A stretch of DNA of 36,364 bases from positions 1-36,364 of IMG/VR virus record IMGVR_UViG_3300025738_000175, one strand, 5' to 3'. The notes under the pieces were generated by a model. The model searched no databases, was not told where the DNA came from, and was given only the letters and a program-made list of their open reading frames with translations. Below are positions 35,153 to 36,364 of the stretch, one piece after another. Source of the stretch: a virus (Duplodnaviria; Caudoviricetes). The position numbers and the translations under genes were made by a program. Every line of letters starts with the position of its first letter. The first letter of the stretch is position 1.

Positions 35153-36364
35153 TCACCTTCTCAGCTTGGTCGAGCCAATATCCACAACATTGGCAGCTTC
35201 TCCCGAGACATAACTGCCCCATGATGTCATGACTGTACGTCGTCTCTCTAAAAGGTCTGAGCGTGCATAGGCGCGTTCTGTCTTGTTGCCGATCACATGC
35301 CCCAACGCCATTTCAGCAACATCAAAGCCGCAAGCGTCTGTTTCTTGTACCCACGTCCTAAAACTGGTTCGGAAGCCATGAGGTCGCCCAGCTTCACCCA
35401 TGTTGTTTAGGATCTTAGTCAGCGCCTGAACCGTGACACACCCCTTTCGGGGGCTTGGAAACAGAAAGTCAGAAGTTGAAAAAAGGCGTGCGCGTTCAAC
35501 AAGTACAAGCGCGGCCGGCGACAACGGAACGCGAAATTCTGTGACCTTGTTTCGGGCGCCTTTCATGCGATCGGCGGGGACAGTCCAAACGTCACCATCT
35601 ATTTCAGAGAACCTTGCGCCACGGGCACTGTCGCCTCTGGTGACGGTTAGAATTGACCACTGCAAAGCCATGTGTGACGGGGTGTCTTTACTGAGCTGCC
35701 CAAATAGTTCGGGGAGGTCTTGCCAAGGTGTTGCTGTGATTGGTTTGACCTTGTGGTCGTGCAGGCCAAGCATGTGCCGGGCTGCTGTCACGATAAACGG
35801 ATCAACATCGGCACCACACAGCTTTGCATGAACTAGAATCTTATTCATCCGCTCAAGTGCCTTGGATGCCGTTTCATGCTTTGTCTTCCAGATTGGTTTT
35901 AACACACGGTGAATGTCATCTTGCGTCAGTCTTGAAACTCTAATTTTCCCAATCTTTGGGATGATGTGAATATCGAGTGGTGAGCGCCAGCGGCCACGGG
36001 TGCCATCACCGCGCAGCCCGGCCTTTAGGGCCTCAAATGCAACATCACAGGCTTCGCTGAATGTGGGGTCAAAGCGGTCGCTGGGGCTAGCCGATTGTTT
36101 GCGTTTGTCTTCTCTCTCACTAATTGGATCGAGGTCATTTAGCAGAACGGACGCCCATTCATCCCTCAGTTTCCGTGCTGCAGATAGGGAAAGTTTGGGA
36201 TAGGGCCCCAAGCCCATTTCCCGGCGACGACCTTGGAACGAATATCGGAAAATCCATTTTCCACCCGTTTGTGACCTCACCAAGGTCAAACCACCACCAT
36301 CAAACAGCTTTCCGGGCTTTGCGTTCTTAATGCCCAAAGCCGTTAGAGTGTTAGTTTGCCCCAT
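35153..36364 (-). CDS. int: Tyrosine integrase, P4-like family
   Basis: KLFDGGGL...GPYPKLSLSAAR arm domain; R...HGFR...LGH...AY catalytic residues. Confidence 0.95.
   Translation of the reverse strand: MGQTNTLTALGIKNAKPGKLFDGGGLTLVRSQTGGKWIFRYSFQGRRREMGLGPYPKLSLSAARKLRDEWASVLLNDLDPISEREDKRKQSASPSDRFDPTFSEACDVAFEALKAGLRGDGTRGRWRSPLDIHIIPKIGKIRVSRLTQDDIHRVLKPIWKTKHETASKALERMNKILVHAKLCGADVDPFIVTAARHMLGLHDHKVKPITATPWQDLPELFGQLSKDTPSHMALQWSILTVTRGDSARGARFSEIDGDVWTVPADRMKGARNKVTEFRVPLSPAALVLVERARLFSTSDFLFPSPRKGCVTVQALTKILNNMGEAGRPHGFRTSFRTWVQETDACGFDVAEMALGHVIGNKTERAYARSDLLERRRTVMTSWGSYVSGEAANVVDIGSTKLRR

Larger units (their letters stand above)
1..36364. mobile_element. Temperate prophage with lambda-like head/packaging and P2-like contractile tail
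   Basis: Full module set in canonical order, bounded by xis-like and integrase genes; att cores not visible within the window. Confidence 0.95.

Overview
The window looks like an essentially complete ~36 kb temperate prophage, probably from an alphaproteobacterial (Rhodobacteraceae-like) host, judging by a GapR homologue and a GTTC-N7-GTTC SOS box. It runs from an excisionase-like gene at the left end to a P4-type tyrosine integrase at the right end. Order: xis, leftward promoter/operators, a cargo block co-oriented with the repressor (unknown two-gene pair, HNH nuclease, secreted YHYH/Excalibur protein), cI/cro switch, replication and early genes, Mor-family activator, a SIR2-domain protein with 17 x 44-aa TPR-like repeats, lysis genes, lambda-like cos and head genes, and a P2-like contractile tail with two morons. 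Main signals beyond the gene list: (1) a LexA-box promoter driving a small ORF antisense to a peptidase-less cI, whose product resembles cI's own C-terminal helix (candidate mimic antirepressor); (2) six copies of a 17-bp motif GGGGAA(C/G)CGCCAGAGGA with a fixed-distance -10-like hexamer, one preceding an internal capsid start; (3) five 14-bp operators bracketing a rex-position cargo hotspot; (4) the SIR2-TPR array with class-structured variable residues; (5) degenerate 30-bp palindromes with 16-bp spacers flanking moron genes. All calls come from reading the sequence and motifs; no searches were run.
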